Source: Penicillus capitatus
Lineage: Eukaryota > Plantae > Chlorophyta
Reading direction: 5' to 3'
DNA: 64,000 nt
Assembly (NCBI GenBank): GCA_965649825.1
Contig: OZ287705.1
Coordinates: 569,978-633,977, forward strand
Shown: positions 22,700-34,873 of the stretch, one piece after another
Layout of the letters: each line of letters begins with the position of its first letter
Numbering within the stretch: position 1 is the first letter of the stretch
Translations under genes and position numbers: made by a program
Notes under the pieces: model-generated
What the model was told of the DNA's origin: nothing
What the model saw: only the letters and a program-made list of their open reading frames with translations
The model's database searches: none

Positions 22700-24580
22700 C
22701 GTGATGTTGTTTTGCAGCAGCGTTGCGATCGGATACTGGCAAGGCATTGCCCGTTTAAACGGTCATCGCAACAGCTCCCTTATGTAACGAACTCCGAACG
22801 AAAAGCTGTCATGCCATCGAAAAAGAAAACGACTGCTTTACCAGAGACCGTCACGCCACTCGCAGACAGAGTTCCCACTGATAGAATTAGACGATTCGCG
22901 AAATGGCCATCGATAATGTTACGATCTCCGGCATTCATCGCTGCTTTTGCTTCTTCCATTTGCACGACGATGATCGTCCTACAGCCACCACTCACACAAT
23001 GACAAAGAGCATAGAACTCTACCCTTGTCTTCTCTGGCGGCGGGTGAATACTGTAAGAAACTGTCTTCTTCATCTTACAATACCGTCTCGGTCAATTCGC
23101 TCCTCGATATACAATCATGTCGTGACCGTGCCTTATCCTGTGCCTCACACACATTGCTTGTCTTGCAGCTGACCACCGCCTCCGAAGACATGAACAGCTT
23201 GCCCACGACGCGCTCATCATCTCCCGAATGATACACATGCAATAGTGTTTTCAATAGAGTCGGTTTAAGTGCCAGATCGCACTTCTGCCGAGGACACCAC
23301 TACCGCAGACTTCTTTCTCTAGTCGAGAAAGGACAGGCCTTTTTCCATGTCTCTTATCGATGTCCAGTCACGCATCAATGAAACAACTGATGCCGTCGCG
23401 AAAGAGATCTGGATGCAGTGTTTCTGAACCTGTTGGTTCCGAGCTTGCGCACAGTTCTCAGGGTGACCCCAGAAGGTTTGTCGTTGTAAGGACTGCCCAG
23501 CCTTCTTCCGTCTGAAGACACCTAAGAGACCAAAACGTTCCCTTTGGATTCTATCCGGAATCCGAGACGACGTTAGATTCGCCTTCCTTCCTCGCATTCA
23601 TCACTGTACGGCTAACGAAACGTCGTCCGACACACGTTGACGCCTTGATGGATGATCCTATCCGTCTTGTGCTCTTCTGGGAACACCTCTTCGTATTATT
23701 CTGCGAAGCCGTGGTTCGGAGAGGACCTTGAAGTTTCAGCCGTCTCCTGTGCGCGATGCCGGCGGTGTGCTTCTTTCATTGCACTGACGAAGTCGTCTTG
23801 GTTGTCCACTGCTTCCGTCGCATCTCAAGAGACCGCCAAGGACAAGACTGGATGACGTAACGCCATCGAGCCGAATCTGATTGGCGTTCTGGCGTGGACG
23901 CGACGAACACGTCGACCAATCTTCTGCGAAATAATGCTCCATTGCACGATGATCACCGAACCCTCAAGCATACACAAAATACGCAAAAAATCGTGTCAGT
24001 CCTGTTCACTACGCATCTCGAGGCAGTCCGAGTTGGCCAGAGATTTGCAGAACGATGTCAAACGCGACAGTTTGTGAAAAGGAACTTCAAAAGGCTGTAT
24101 TCTGACATGATGCAGAAGCGCATTTCTTCTTTCCTGTTCCGCCAGCAACAAATCCACTGTTCAGCTCCAGAACTGAGGACCGTGACACCGTGAAATGCAC
24201 AATTTGAGTCCCCGCCGTTTCAAAAGTCGATCTGTCGAGAGCCAAGTGGGGCGCAGTGATTCCGTCTGCACCTCCGCCAAAGGCATAAGCAACGCTGCAG
24301 CAATGATGCGTCTGGTATGGGCCAATTCTGATCCGGAACGAAACGGGGACGAGCCGGCTACGTTCTATTAAGGTGTCGGAGACCCCCAGTCCTTCTGCCT
24401 CGGAGGCAATCCATTTCGACGCTTCAAGTGACCAGTAGTTACCCGGATTCGGAGATCCGTATCCGAGAAGGCAACAGTCGCATGCTTCCGTCGACGTTCT
24501 TCTCCTCTTCGGGAGTTGCTCAACGTCACGGCAGCCGAAATGCGACAGTCGTGTTGAAGGGCTCTCTCCAAAACAGCACA
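22700..24580 (-). pseudogene. Possible decayed beta-helix (Pmp-like) gene fragments
   Basis: Interrupted frames contain AYAFGGGADGITAPHLALDRSTFETAG, VVGKLFMSSEAVVSCKTSNVCE and LSVGTLSASGVTVSGKAVVFF, reminiscent of GGA/FxxN repeats. Many stops, and the similarity is weak. Confidence 0.3.
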
Positions 24581-25329
24581 TTCATGCCACCTGTCATATG
24601 CCAGACCGCACACGCAAGAGGCAAAGGAAACACAGTGGCGCGGACGGAAGGGCCGCAGATACAGAACGAACGCCTACCTCTCCGCGGCGACATGTCACCG
24701 GCTACCCACGACGGAGCGGAAGGTATTCGTCTGACAAGATTGAGATGACCCTTGAGTCAGTCACCTCTCCTGCAGTCAACAGAGTGCCAGTCATCCCATT
24801 GAGGCCTCGGCTGGAGAGTCCAAGTGTGACCGTAAGTGATTTTCTGATAGCAGTCGAAGGACAGCGCGTTTCTGCATGTATCTTGCACAGCGTGGGACTG
24901 TAGGCACTCTGCCAGAAGTGTGCTTGCCACAGGTGCCTCCACGCGGAGCTCCGAGATGCAGTTCGATCTTCTCTGTCCACCCTCAGCAGAATGAAGCTGC
25001 ATCTTCGACAGTTGTCAGCCCATACGTACAGTCTCAGAAGAGCTCTCGACAGAGAAGGATGATACGACAGCAGTCCTGTCAAGAGATGTTTCCGAGGAGA
25101 ACAGCGCCTAGGAGATTGATTGCCAGGGAAGGGCATTCAATCGAAATGACAAGTCATTCTCGAGAGAAAGGCCGAAAACGACAGGCAGTCAGTACTTGAA
25201 GGCTCTATACTAGTGCTGCCGGGAGAGAGGTGTGCTCAATCGCACGATGACGGAGTTGCCATGATGGCAGCGAGACGGCGTCGTTAGCAGGGATGGCGAA
25301 GCCAAACAGCAAGAGGCTTGATTTGATCA

Positions 25330-26720
25330 GTCTATCAAAATTGCGTCACATCACAGCATAAAGACTCAAGTGTCGTACACTAAACGACAGTGTAATCATG
25401 ATGCTCTTCCTTGTGGTTCAAGCGCCATTGGCTGTCCAAGGTCCTGTACTATATCCACGACCGCCATATCATCGTCTTCTTCAACTACAGCGATCCAGGT
25501 GTCGAGCAGTTTCCACTTCTGAGGAACGCTTGGAGAAGGACGATGTTGAAACGCTCTGCAATATGGACGCACAACTGACAGACAAGACTGACTGTTTGCA
25601 GTAAGAGTTTGGAGAGACGGATGGACAGTCGACGGCGACGCGATGACCTGCAGACTTACGGTTCGTGAGACAGAATGAGGCTCAGGCAGATCTAGACCTT
25701 TGACAGGAGCGAGTAGGTGGATTAACAGGCAGCCATTTCCTTCATCATAACACCCAGCAGACTACGATCATCCGCGGAGCATCTCGCGTCTTTCCTCCCG
25801 GAAGGTATTAGGATGACGCAACTCAGGCACGTGGCGCAGTTTCGGTGTTGTGCTCAGTGTCTGTCATCTGCCGTCACCCCAGCGGCAAAGAACTCTTCAA
25901 GACGCGATCCTCGATGACTTCATCCTTGGAGACATCGTACGTAAGGCCAGCAAACGAACAGGCGACAATCACAGAGTGCATTCCACGGCACACTGCTTGA
26001 ATTCTGGACGTCTGGTTTGCCCCTGACTAATGCAGAACCTCTTGCACCTCTGCCAGCTCTTACACAGTATCTCTCGCCTGAGCAAAGCACAGAATCACTT
26101 GTCTCTCTCCCTCCACAGCAGACAGCAGTTTGATGGATGTCATCACGGACGACAAATAGACAGCAGTGCTAGAATGACAGATATTGGTTGTTGTACTTAG
26201 AAAAACGACTCCTGTCGACGTGTGAAAGCCGCAGCCAGATTCACATCATTAGCAAACTTCGCTGTACAAAGCCGCCCTTCCTCATAAAGTGCCTCCTGCA
26301 CTACGTGGATGACTTGATTTCACATCAAGGTTGCAATCGCATCCCTTCCTGTCCACATCGCTTGATACACAGATTCCCGAATGAAGAGCGTTTCGTACAG
26401 GTAATCTAAGATGAATGTCGACATGGCATATCAGAACAGAAAGCACTAGGCACGTCGCGTATACGACTCGCCACAGAAGCTAAGTGGAGAACCAGTTCAT
26501 GTTCAGCTGGCAGCAGGATGACCCTTTAAATGTCCATTCGGACAGTCCATTCGATGTTCGCCTCCGTTGCGCAGAGACGATCTTTTCGCCAGGACGACGA
26601 CGCGAAGTCTTCCCTGGCTGTCGTCGCCTGCGACAGTCTCGACAGGTAAGAGATCGCTTGCACGTAAGCGAATGATGCCCATGTCGCAGTCAGACGACGA
26701 ACTGCGCACAGTCGGCGGTT
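25330..26720 (-). pseudogene. Decayed ankyrin gene with hydrophobic C-terminal segment, head-to-head with A5; duplicate of 60850-62250
   Basis: Degenerate ankyrin text (ANIEWTVRMD, VLHLASVASR, EVLH*SGANQTSR) and RLSKLLLQTVSLVCQLCVHIAERFNIVLL, with stops and frameshifts. Colinear with 60850-62215. Confidence 0.5.
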
Positions 26721-27008
26721 GCACGTTCGAGCGACAGCAAAGTGTTTAGGCAAGCCAGGACAACGGCTGGTTTCGTTTTCGCTGTACGGCTCCCCAGAAA
26801 CCGGACGCCCGAGGCTTGCTGCCGTCAGGCTCGTTCCGCAAATAGCCTTGAAGGAATGCAGGCGATGTCCTGTAGATTCGCATGACAGCGCGGACAGCCT
26901 ACAAATTCAATTCTTGAATCTGAATCGTCGCGTGTGCTTTGTTCCAAACCTCGCGTTTCAACACGACTGAAAGATTCTTCGCAGTGCCTCTGACGCTCGC
27001 GCAAAAAC

Positions 27009-28832
27009 ATGAAGTGCACCGTTCTACACACGTGCCTCTGCCTTCTGCTCTTTGCGCCGCGCAAGTCGACGGGCAGCCGCGGTACCGTCGTCGGTCATGC
27101 ATCTGTGTCGACGGCGATGTCTTCTGCTGAGCAGACTTCTTTACAGACGACGCGTTCGCCAACTCCGTCTTCTCCAGACCCGAGGTAGGACTCGCGCTGT
27201 ACTGGCATCTTGACTAAACGGCGGCTCCGATGCCCATCCTCAGAGCGGCGACTATGCGCGTCGGGGTAACAAGGCCCTCATGTGTTGTTCCTTGTGCGCG
27301 CAGCTGTCTTGATTCCAGGAACGAAACACAAAGAAGCTGCAGACGTAAAGATCCGAAGAACGACTGAGGTGCGGTTAGCGTCGTCGAGAAACCAGCGCGA
27401 TGTTCTTGTGCAGGGAGAAACCGGAATTCAGAAAACCTACCACGTAGAATAGAGCGTCTATAACACAACGCCTCAGATCTTTTTTACTGACATAGGGCGC
27501 CCTTGGGCAAAGAACAGGCAATAAGGCTGTCGGAATCGACTGGCAGGCTCGACTTCATAAGAGGGCTGCGGATGGAAGTAATGGACTCGAGAAGGTGTGT
27601 GCAAACCAAATCAGATTGCCGTGGTGACAACTGTGGACACAGTTTCACCTTTACCCGCTCGCAGACATCGAAGCTGCAGACAATAGCGGCTGGACTCCAC
27701 TTCATCAAGCAGCAGCGACCGGAAATGTTGAAGCCATAAAGGTCCACCGGCTTAGTCTTTGCTGTGTCGTGCAAAACTCTCTACAACGAAGGTCCTTCTT
27801 GACCGCGGTGCGGATATCGATGCCAAGACAGATGACTACGGCTCGACTCCACTCCATCAAGCAGCAGGGCACGGAGAAGTTGAAGCCGTAAAGGTCCGTC
27901 GATGCAGTCTTTCACGTTTTCTGACGAATGGTCGACATCGAAGGTCCTGCTTGACCGTGGCGCGGATATCGAAGCCAAGACAGATGACTACAGCTCGACT
28001 CCACTCCATCAAGCAGCAGGGCACGGAGAAGTTGAAGCCGCAAAGGTCTGTCGACGCACTCGTCCATGTTTTCTGACGAATGGTCGACCTCGAAGGTTCT
28101 TCTTGACCGTGGTGCGAACATCGAGGCCAAAAGCTCAGACGGATCTACTCCACTTCATTTGGCAGCATATCATGACCAGGTTGGAATCGTAAAGGTCAGA
28201 AGACGCAGTCATCAACCTTTTCTGACGAATGACCGACGTCGAAGGTTCTCCTTGACCGTGGTGCGAACATCGAAGCCAAAAACAAAGGAGAGACTACTCC
28301 ACTTCATCAAGCAGCAATGGGAGGATGCGTCGACGTCATAAAGGTTTGTCAACGCAATCTTCGCCGTCTCGTGAAGAATGGTGGTCAACAAAGGTCCTCC
28401 TTGACCGTGGCGCGAATATCGAATCCAAAAACAAAGGAGAGACTACTCCACTTCATCAAGCAGTAGCGAAAAAACAGGTCGATGCCATAAAGGTTAGTCG
28501 ACGCAATGTTCGCTGTCTATGAAGAATTGTCGTCTGTCGAAGGTCCTGCTTGACCGTGGCGCGAACATCGAAGCCAAAACCACGTACGGCGCTACTCCAC
28601 TTCATTGGGCGGCAGATTACGGTGTGGTTGAAGTCGTAGAGGTACATCACAGAATCGTTCGAATCTTGGGTACAGTTGTCATATGGTACAGGTACTACTT
28701 GCTGGCGGTGCGTCCAAGTCGCCTAAAGACAACAGTGGTCGCACTCCATACGATCGCATATGCTATGTTGGTTTTGTTTCGTGCTCTAAGAGTACTCGAG
28801 CTAAGCTCGAGTTTCTCTTGTATCCTTATTAG
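27009..28832 (+). CDS. Secreted-type ankyrin-repeat protein A5 (7 internal repeat exons)
   Basis: Signal peptide MKCTVLHTCLCLLLFAPRKSTGSR and a micro-exon leader. Exons VLLDRGADIDAKTDDYGSTPLHQAAGHGEVEAVK through VLLDRGANIEAKTTYGATPLHWAADYGVVEVVE. C-cap RTPYDRICYVGFVSCSKSTRAKLEFLLYPY-TAG. Confidence 0.88.
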
Positions 28833-28834
28833 GA

Positions 28835-29180
28835 GAGTGCATGATTCATGGCGTCTCTATCATGCACATCCTGCTGTCTATTCTTGGTCTGTCATCTACA
28901 TGCCAGACATGTTCTAGTGCCCCAATTCGATGGTGCTGTACATAAAGCTCCATCTCAACTTGCAACGCTGAACAGTGCTTAATGATTGAAGTTTGTTGTG
29001 CGACGCATCGTTACGCGCGTTTCGCATCGGATGCGGCTGCTGTAGACAGACGACTCAGTTTTGGTAAAGAACTGTCGTGGCTGGATAATGGTCTTGTTTC
29101 TGCTGGCCTTTGAACGCGGTAAGGCACCCACGAACTAAGAGTCTGTTCACTCGTTGTTACTCTGTATCGCAAGACGACTC
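28835..29180 (+). repeat. Conserved ankyrin-gene 3' flank, hairpin at 28929-28954
   Basis: Homologous to 12960-13310, including the downstream ~200 bp. Confidence 0.72.
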
Positions 29181-31248
29181 CTATCATGTGACGTCGTCAG
29201 GTGTGTTGCCTGGCGAGGGTGTCGTTATCTGTGCCGAAATGCGCGTCGAGCGGGATTAAAATTCCGCTGAAGACGACAAGAAGACCTGCGATGGCGAGAG
29301 AGTTTTTACTTGATATCGCGATGCTGACAAAACATGACAGCGACGAACCGAACACGACACAAGCGGCAGTCGTCGACAGAATCTATGTCCTTGTCGCGTT
29401 GTATTGGCACCAAGCCATTTGGAATGCCTGTTGCCTCGCTGCCTCAATTGACCTGAGAATGGCACGGAAACGCATTCGGATCGAGGCGGCTCAATCGCTG
29501 TTTACTGAGCAGCCGGGACAGTGGCATAAAGGTCAGACCGTTTTGCGATGTGGCGTTGAATCTTTTGCGCCTGTACTCAGGCATCCTTTGCCTGTTGCGC
29601 GTTGTATTATCCTTCGCGCTGTAAGCGTCTTGGCAACGCGCCTGCGTGTTTCGTTTTTACATGATCGACATAAGAAGAGCGCTCGATGGCGGACGCGGGC
29701 AAAGAGATGCGCGCGATGTCGATTTAACAGGCACGTACAGAAAGGACTCGTGTCTCGGAAGGCCACAGAAATGCTGCAGTCTGTTGGTGCTTCTACTCTG
29801 CGCACGTCGCGATGACGTTTGCGCCTCTCTCCAGCAACGCGGTCGGATATGAACGCTGTCTGGCGCCACGCACCTCAGACAGGAGAGCGCGTTTTCTCTG
29901 CACCAGACATGAACTTGTAGTTCTTCTGCGCACGGTCCGCGCTGGCCGAACCAGACACCTACCTTACTTGCACATCCCTGTCAACGTTTTGCGCTTGACA
30001 GCGTCATTAGTCGTGCTATGTGCGTCTAATGCCAGCAGGTGATATGCTGTGCGAATCTCGGCAATCTGTTGAGGTCGTTGTACCTTTATGTCAAGCAGGA
30101 GGATCGACACGTTCTGAAGACGGTATTGTTTCCGCGAGGTTAGGAAAACAGTGCAATTCGCGCCACATTTATTCGCGGTGTATCGTTAAGTGGATGACGC
30201 AAAAGCACCGTCGACAGCACACAGATGTAACAAAGTTCGTAGAAACTGTGTAGCGTAGAGAGGGGCGCAGCGTCGCCCGCAAACTAGTCTTCTAGAGACG
30301 TTCGGAGTTGTCTAGCGTCACGGTGGATAAGTGTTGTCTATAGCCTCCTCCTCTGAACTCTGCGTCCTAGTGCGCTCTATGTCAGAGGTGATTACGATCA
30401 CATCTCCTGCCTGTCGGCACAGACAACAAGACCTTTGCCAGGTACTCGTTTGACTTAATCCAATCACTGGAATGATCTTGCAATACAGAGTGGCCGATCA
30501 GATGAACACTGTCGTAACCTGTGCTAACTTACAGCGTCCAGAAGAGCCAACAGAAACAAAACCATATCATCTGAGAACAGATTTTCGCAAACACGCGGCA
30601 GTTTGTCGCACTCGATACGAGATGCGCGTAACTTTGCCTCGCACAGTAACACACTTTAATTATTAAACAATCTCATGCAAAGCTAACAGCTGGAGTGGTC
30701 ACATAACAACAGGTACAATCGAATTAGAGATGTCTGGCACGTGGATAATAAACCAAGAATAGACAGCAGCAGGTGTATGCTAGAAATGTCATGGATCACG
30801 CGCTTTATTTCTTTTCGGTCGGTTTCAACAGGCTCTTGAGCGGAGGTCGAAGTTTTAACGCAAAACAAATTCTTTCTGAATCATCACATATGACGTCATA
30901 AGGAGTATGACCTTTGTCGTCCTTAGCCAACTTGGATGCACCATTGTCAACTAGCACCTGTGTCATAAGCAAGTATACCCATGATCCGAGCAAATCCGGC
31001 GAGGTAGGTACCTTTGCGCTTTCATATTGAGCATTCTTTGCTGTAAGATGAAGTGGAGTCCATCCTTCTTTGGTCTTCGCCTCGGTGTTTGCGTTGTGTT
31101 CAAGGAGCATCTATTCAGCGGCCATTAGTCACAAAACAGTAGGGTTTGAGTCGGCGGACCTTTATTATTTTAGTGTACCCCCAAGTTGCTGAGTAATGTA
31201 GTGGAGTTTGTCCCTCATCATCCCTCACCTCGATGTCTGCGTGGTGTT

Positions 31249-31871
31249 TGTGAAGAACTCCCTCCGGCACCCTCTTCCTGTACCTCCCTCTCGACGTCCT
31301 CGGCTTGGACGACACGTATTTCTCCCTCGCCTTGGCCGGGAGGTGGAGGTGGAGCATTGTTGCCGGAGTCGTTCCCGTGTTGGCTCATCTCACAAACGCA
31401 GCGGAAGTCTTGAAATTGGATGAGGATGGGCGAAAGTTCGGAGGCCACACAAACAGCTTTGCAGCAAAGAGCGACTTGTTACAACTTTGGGAATAGACAG
31501 CGAATGTTTTGACAGATTGTATGCGATTCAGAACACAAGTGTAAACTTTGATGTTTAATCGAAAGGTGTTTTTCTGTGTCAAAGCCTTGCTTAAATACTC
31601 CGACCCTGATGTGACGACAGGAAAATCAGCTGAATTCTAAGAGTGAGCTCGCAATGAGGTTCCCACTGAAACCAGGTAATTCAGTATGAACTTCTAGAAG
31701 TTTCTTAGGAACTTCTCAAGAACTCACTCCCAGTCATCACGACTTGTTTGCGATTCAGCAGTGACGGTTACGTCACACGACCAAAGACGCGACAAGCGCT
31801 AAGTGACAGAAAGGTCACCATTACAGAGACGTCCCATCACTGTTCTGTCAGAATTGCGCCATTCTTTCACA
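31249..31871 (-). mobile_element. Solo LTR of an LTR retrotransposon (623 bp)
   Basis: TG...CA termini with short inverted ends (TGTGAAGAA / TTCTTTCACA) and a 5-bp target-site duplication GTGTT (31244-31248 and 31872-31876). Removing it restores the ankyrin exon. TATTTAA at 31597-31591, and an ORF start (MSQHGND...) runs off the end. Confidence 0.9.
31688..31723. promoter_or_regulatory. Heat-shock-element-like array within the solo LTR
   Basis: Perfect three-unit HSE TTCtaGAAgtTTC at 31692-31704 plus adjacent GAA/TTC units, ~95 bp upstream of the LTR TATA-like box. Confidence 0.6.
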
Positions 31872-33218
31872 GTGTTCAAGGAAAATCTACTCAAAGGCCA
31901 TTTGCCACAAAACAGAGAATAATGTGTCGGTGGACTACGATTTCAGTGCGCCCCCAACTTGCTGCATAATGAAGTGGGGCCTTGTGATATCCGTCAAGAG
32001 GGTTGACGTTTGCGTCGTGTTCAAGGAGCATCTATTCGACAACCATTCATCACAACACAGACAAGACAGAGAAGGTTGGGTCGACGGACCTTTACGATTT
32101 CAGTGGCTTCATACCGTACTGCATAATGAAGTGGAGCAGAGTTGGATAAGTCAGGAGCGTTGATGTTTGGTTTGTGTTCGAGGAGGATCTACTCAACGAC
32201 CATTCATCACAACACAGACAAGACAGAGAAGGTTGTCGCAGCGGACCTCTGCGCATTTTGTGCATCCGTACTCTGCTGCATACAGAATTGGAGTAGAGCG
32301 GGAATTGTCCAACGCATCGACGTTTGCTTCGTTTTCAAGGAGGATCTGCTCAACGACCATTCGTCAAAAACAGAGAATATTGCGTCGACGGACCTCTACG
32401 ATTTCACTGTGTCCGTGTATTATTGCAACGTGAAGTGCAGTGCGACCGTATCTCTCTTCCTTGTAGTCGGGCTTCGAGCCGGTATTGATCAAGTTCTACG
32501 TTTGAAACTGTTCGAAGTGGGAATTAGAGCAGACGCGCTCACCGTTACGTATGTTATGTTTCCATTCTTAGTTTCCTCGTGAAGTTGGGTCCATCCGTCA
32601 ACACCGATAACCCGTTTACCGTTATCCTTAGCTTCTGTCACTGCCGAAAACTCTCCGGCCTAAGGCAGTAACAACAATATACAGCGCTATGTTATTGCCG
32701 CGTCATTCTACCATGATGTCTTCCTTAGGTGGTAAGCCGTCCTACACAAAAACACCACGCTATTTTTCCGCCCTGGTAACTGCAGTGCGTTTACTTGCGC
32801 AAGCTTTCGGTTGGAGGTCTCGGCGTTGTCGATTCCTACAAAGCGAAACAGACGCTCTCGCACGGAACAACAAACGCGTGTCTCTTTACCTCCATCGCGC
32901 GTGTTGTCTATGTTCTGTTCGCGGAGCACAGAACCGCCATTCAATGAAAGGTCAAAGCAATGAGCGTTACCGAGAGTTTAAACGGGACGGAGTTGGCGGA
33001 TGCGTCGTCAGGAGAGAAGTCTGCATAGCAGCAAGACATCACCGTCGACCCAGATGCACGGACGACGCTACCGCGGTTGCCCGTCGACGGGCGCGGAGCA
33101 AGGAACAGAAGGCAGAGCCACACGCTGAGAATGGACAGCTTCATGCTTTCTTCGTCAGCGCAGAGTTCGGCTTAGCTCAGATGGACAGACAGTTCGTGTG
33201 TTTCTCCAACAGAGAATT

Positions 33219-33261
33219 CGCGAATGAAGAATCGCCGTGGCGGGCGGACTTTATTCCTCCG
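33219..33261 (-). promoter_or_regulatory. Putative core promoter of ankyrin gene A6
   Basis: Minus-strand AATAAA starting at 33255 and Inr-like A at 33225, 30 bp apart. Confidence 0.55.
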
Positions 33262-34873
33262 ACGGTTTCGTGCTGCCATTCGCCACGCGGCTGCCGTCTG
33301 CATTCGGTTATCTCTCTTCCGAGTCGGTACGCGTGCCAAGTGCTCTGAAACGAGGATGGAGAGACTCCATTCGTCCGGGCGCAGTTGTGCTGTAACGGTT
33401 AGTCTGCGTCTTGCAGGACGTGTGAGTCGCGTCCAGCCGTTCCTCTATCCGTCTTTAGCCGCTTTGCGCGAGCGCCGCGGATGGTTTGTTACCGTCGATG
33501 TAAGAACGGTCTCTATCTACCAAACGGTTGCTGACAGCGCAGCACAGCTCCCCAACAGTCAATCACTGCAGTTAGAGGTGCTAGTCGTTGCATGCAGGAA
33601 TGGGTGCCTCCACAGACACTAGAAATAGACTCATGTCCTAGAGAGTCTGTGGTGAATGGCCGACCACACGATGAGCTCATCATTCGAGAAAACACTCATC
33701 CATTCTAAGCTGCTGAATGGCAGGCACACACCCTCCGACACCAACACCGTGGTCATTGTGCTCTTCCAAGTAAGATGATGTATTGGTTTGCACAGCGATT
33801 TCACGATTCCTCGGCTGACATTTGTTTGCTGCGTTTATCGAAGGTCCTGTGCATGGCGGTAGGAATGAGATCTCTGGTGTCTCATCGTTAGCGCCACACA
33901 GAGAAGAGTGCACCACCCACTGTTTACGAAGGAGAATGGGCACTGGGTGGCGGACATTGTTCAAAGAAATGGGAGGATGTGGACGTGTGAGGGTACACAG
34001 TGAAGGAGGTTCTTCATCTGGAAATCGCATCAGACGAATGACGCGACATTGCTGCCTTCCTAGTCGATAACAGCGAGACTCCGACACTGCAGATCGAAGA
34101 GGCGGCGACAGACGCGGACGTGGATGTAGGGATGCAATCCCACAACCACATCGACAGGTCACACACAGATAGCCGCCGCCGTCTCGAAGATGTATTCCAG
34201 AAAGGATGAAGAGAAGGAATCACAGTTTGCAGGATGGAGCAGTGGTAAAGAAAACGGAGATTTCTGAACTCCCTGGACGGCAGGTACAGTGATCACAGAT
34301 CTGCAGACTCGGATGGACGACTGTCGTCTTTGCAGCAGCGTTCTAACGTCATTGGCGGGACTGAAGTGGACAGGCAGACGGAATCGGAGATTGCGTTGCT
34401 CCACACCTGATGTGTCACCAAGAGCTCAGAAAAAGAGAAAGAGAGTACACAGATGCACTGAGGGAGAAAAGGCAAAAAGAGTGATGCGTGGCACAAAGAG
34501 TGTGAGGATATTGGATCATGCGAAAAGACAAGTCGTCAGACAGAATGGAGAAACTCAGCTAGTAACGAGGTCTCTTTGTTACACAACACTGTCGATAATG
34601 TCACACATCTTCTGTCTGCCTATCTGCACGAGTATACGATGCACTCTTTCCTGGTCTGACTGCTTCTCTGCATTCCAGTCGAATCATTTGCACATGGTTG
34701 ACAGGTTTGCATCTTTGATGAAGCATCTCCCTCGTGCGATCTCTGCTTTGTTCGCCAGTGAACAGCGAATCACTTCATCGATGACCTCATCCACAGGCAT
34801 GCATGTGCAGTACAGTACAGATTCATCTCCCCAACACAGATTTGTGCTTAGACTGCATGTGAACTCAGATCGG

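Larger units (their letters stand above)
30805..33144 (-). pseudogene. Secreted-type ankyrin gene A6, one repeat exon interrupted by a solo LTR
   Basis: Signal peptide MKLSILSVWLCLLFLAPRPSTGNR, micro-exon leader, six internal repeat exons and C-cap HTPYDVICDDSERICFALKLRPPLKSLLKPTEKK. The only disabling lesion seen is the 623-bp insert in exon IFLEH|HADIEVRDDEGQTPLHYSATWG. Confidence 0.8.

Noticed and set aside
29201-30253. 204-aa ORF and neighbours as a gene
   Set aside because: No recognisable motif, signal or consistent splice pattern. The same applies to ORFs at 14.0-14.7, 19.4-20.2, 38.0-38.5, 59.2-60.7 and 62.4-63.5 kb, which may be decayed genes or TEs that I cannot identify.
33224-33622. 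Conserved antisense ORF MKNRRGGRTLFLRRFRA (also at 17178 and 41947 on the minus strand) as a divergent gene
   Set aside because: Only the first ~17 codons are conserved, and they coincide with the TATA/Inr motif. The rest shows many replacement changes and stops at different positions in different copies.
33617-33630. CACTA transposon end
   Set aside because: No matching TAGTG inverted terminus or TSD was found downstream.
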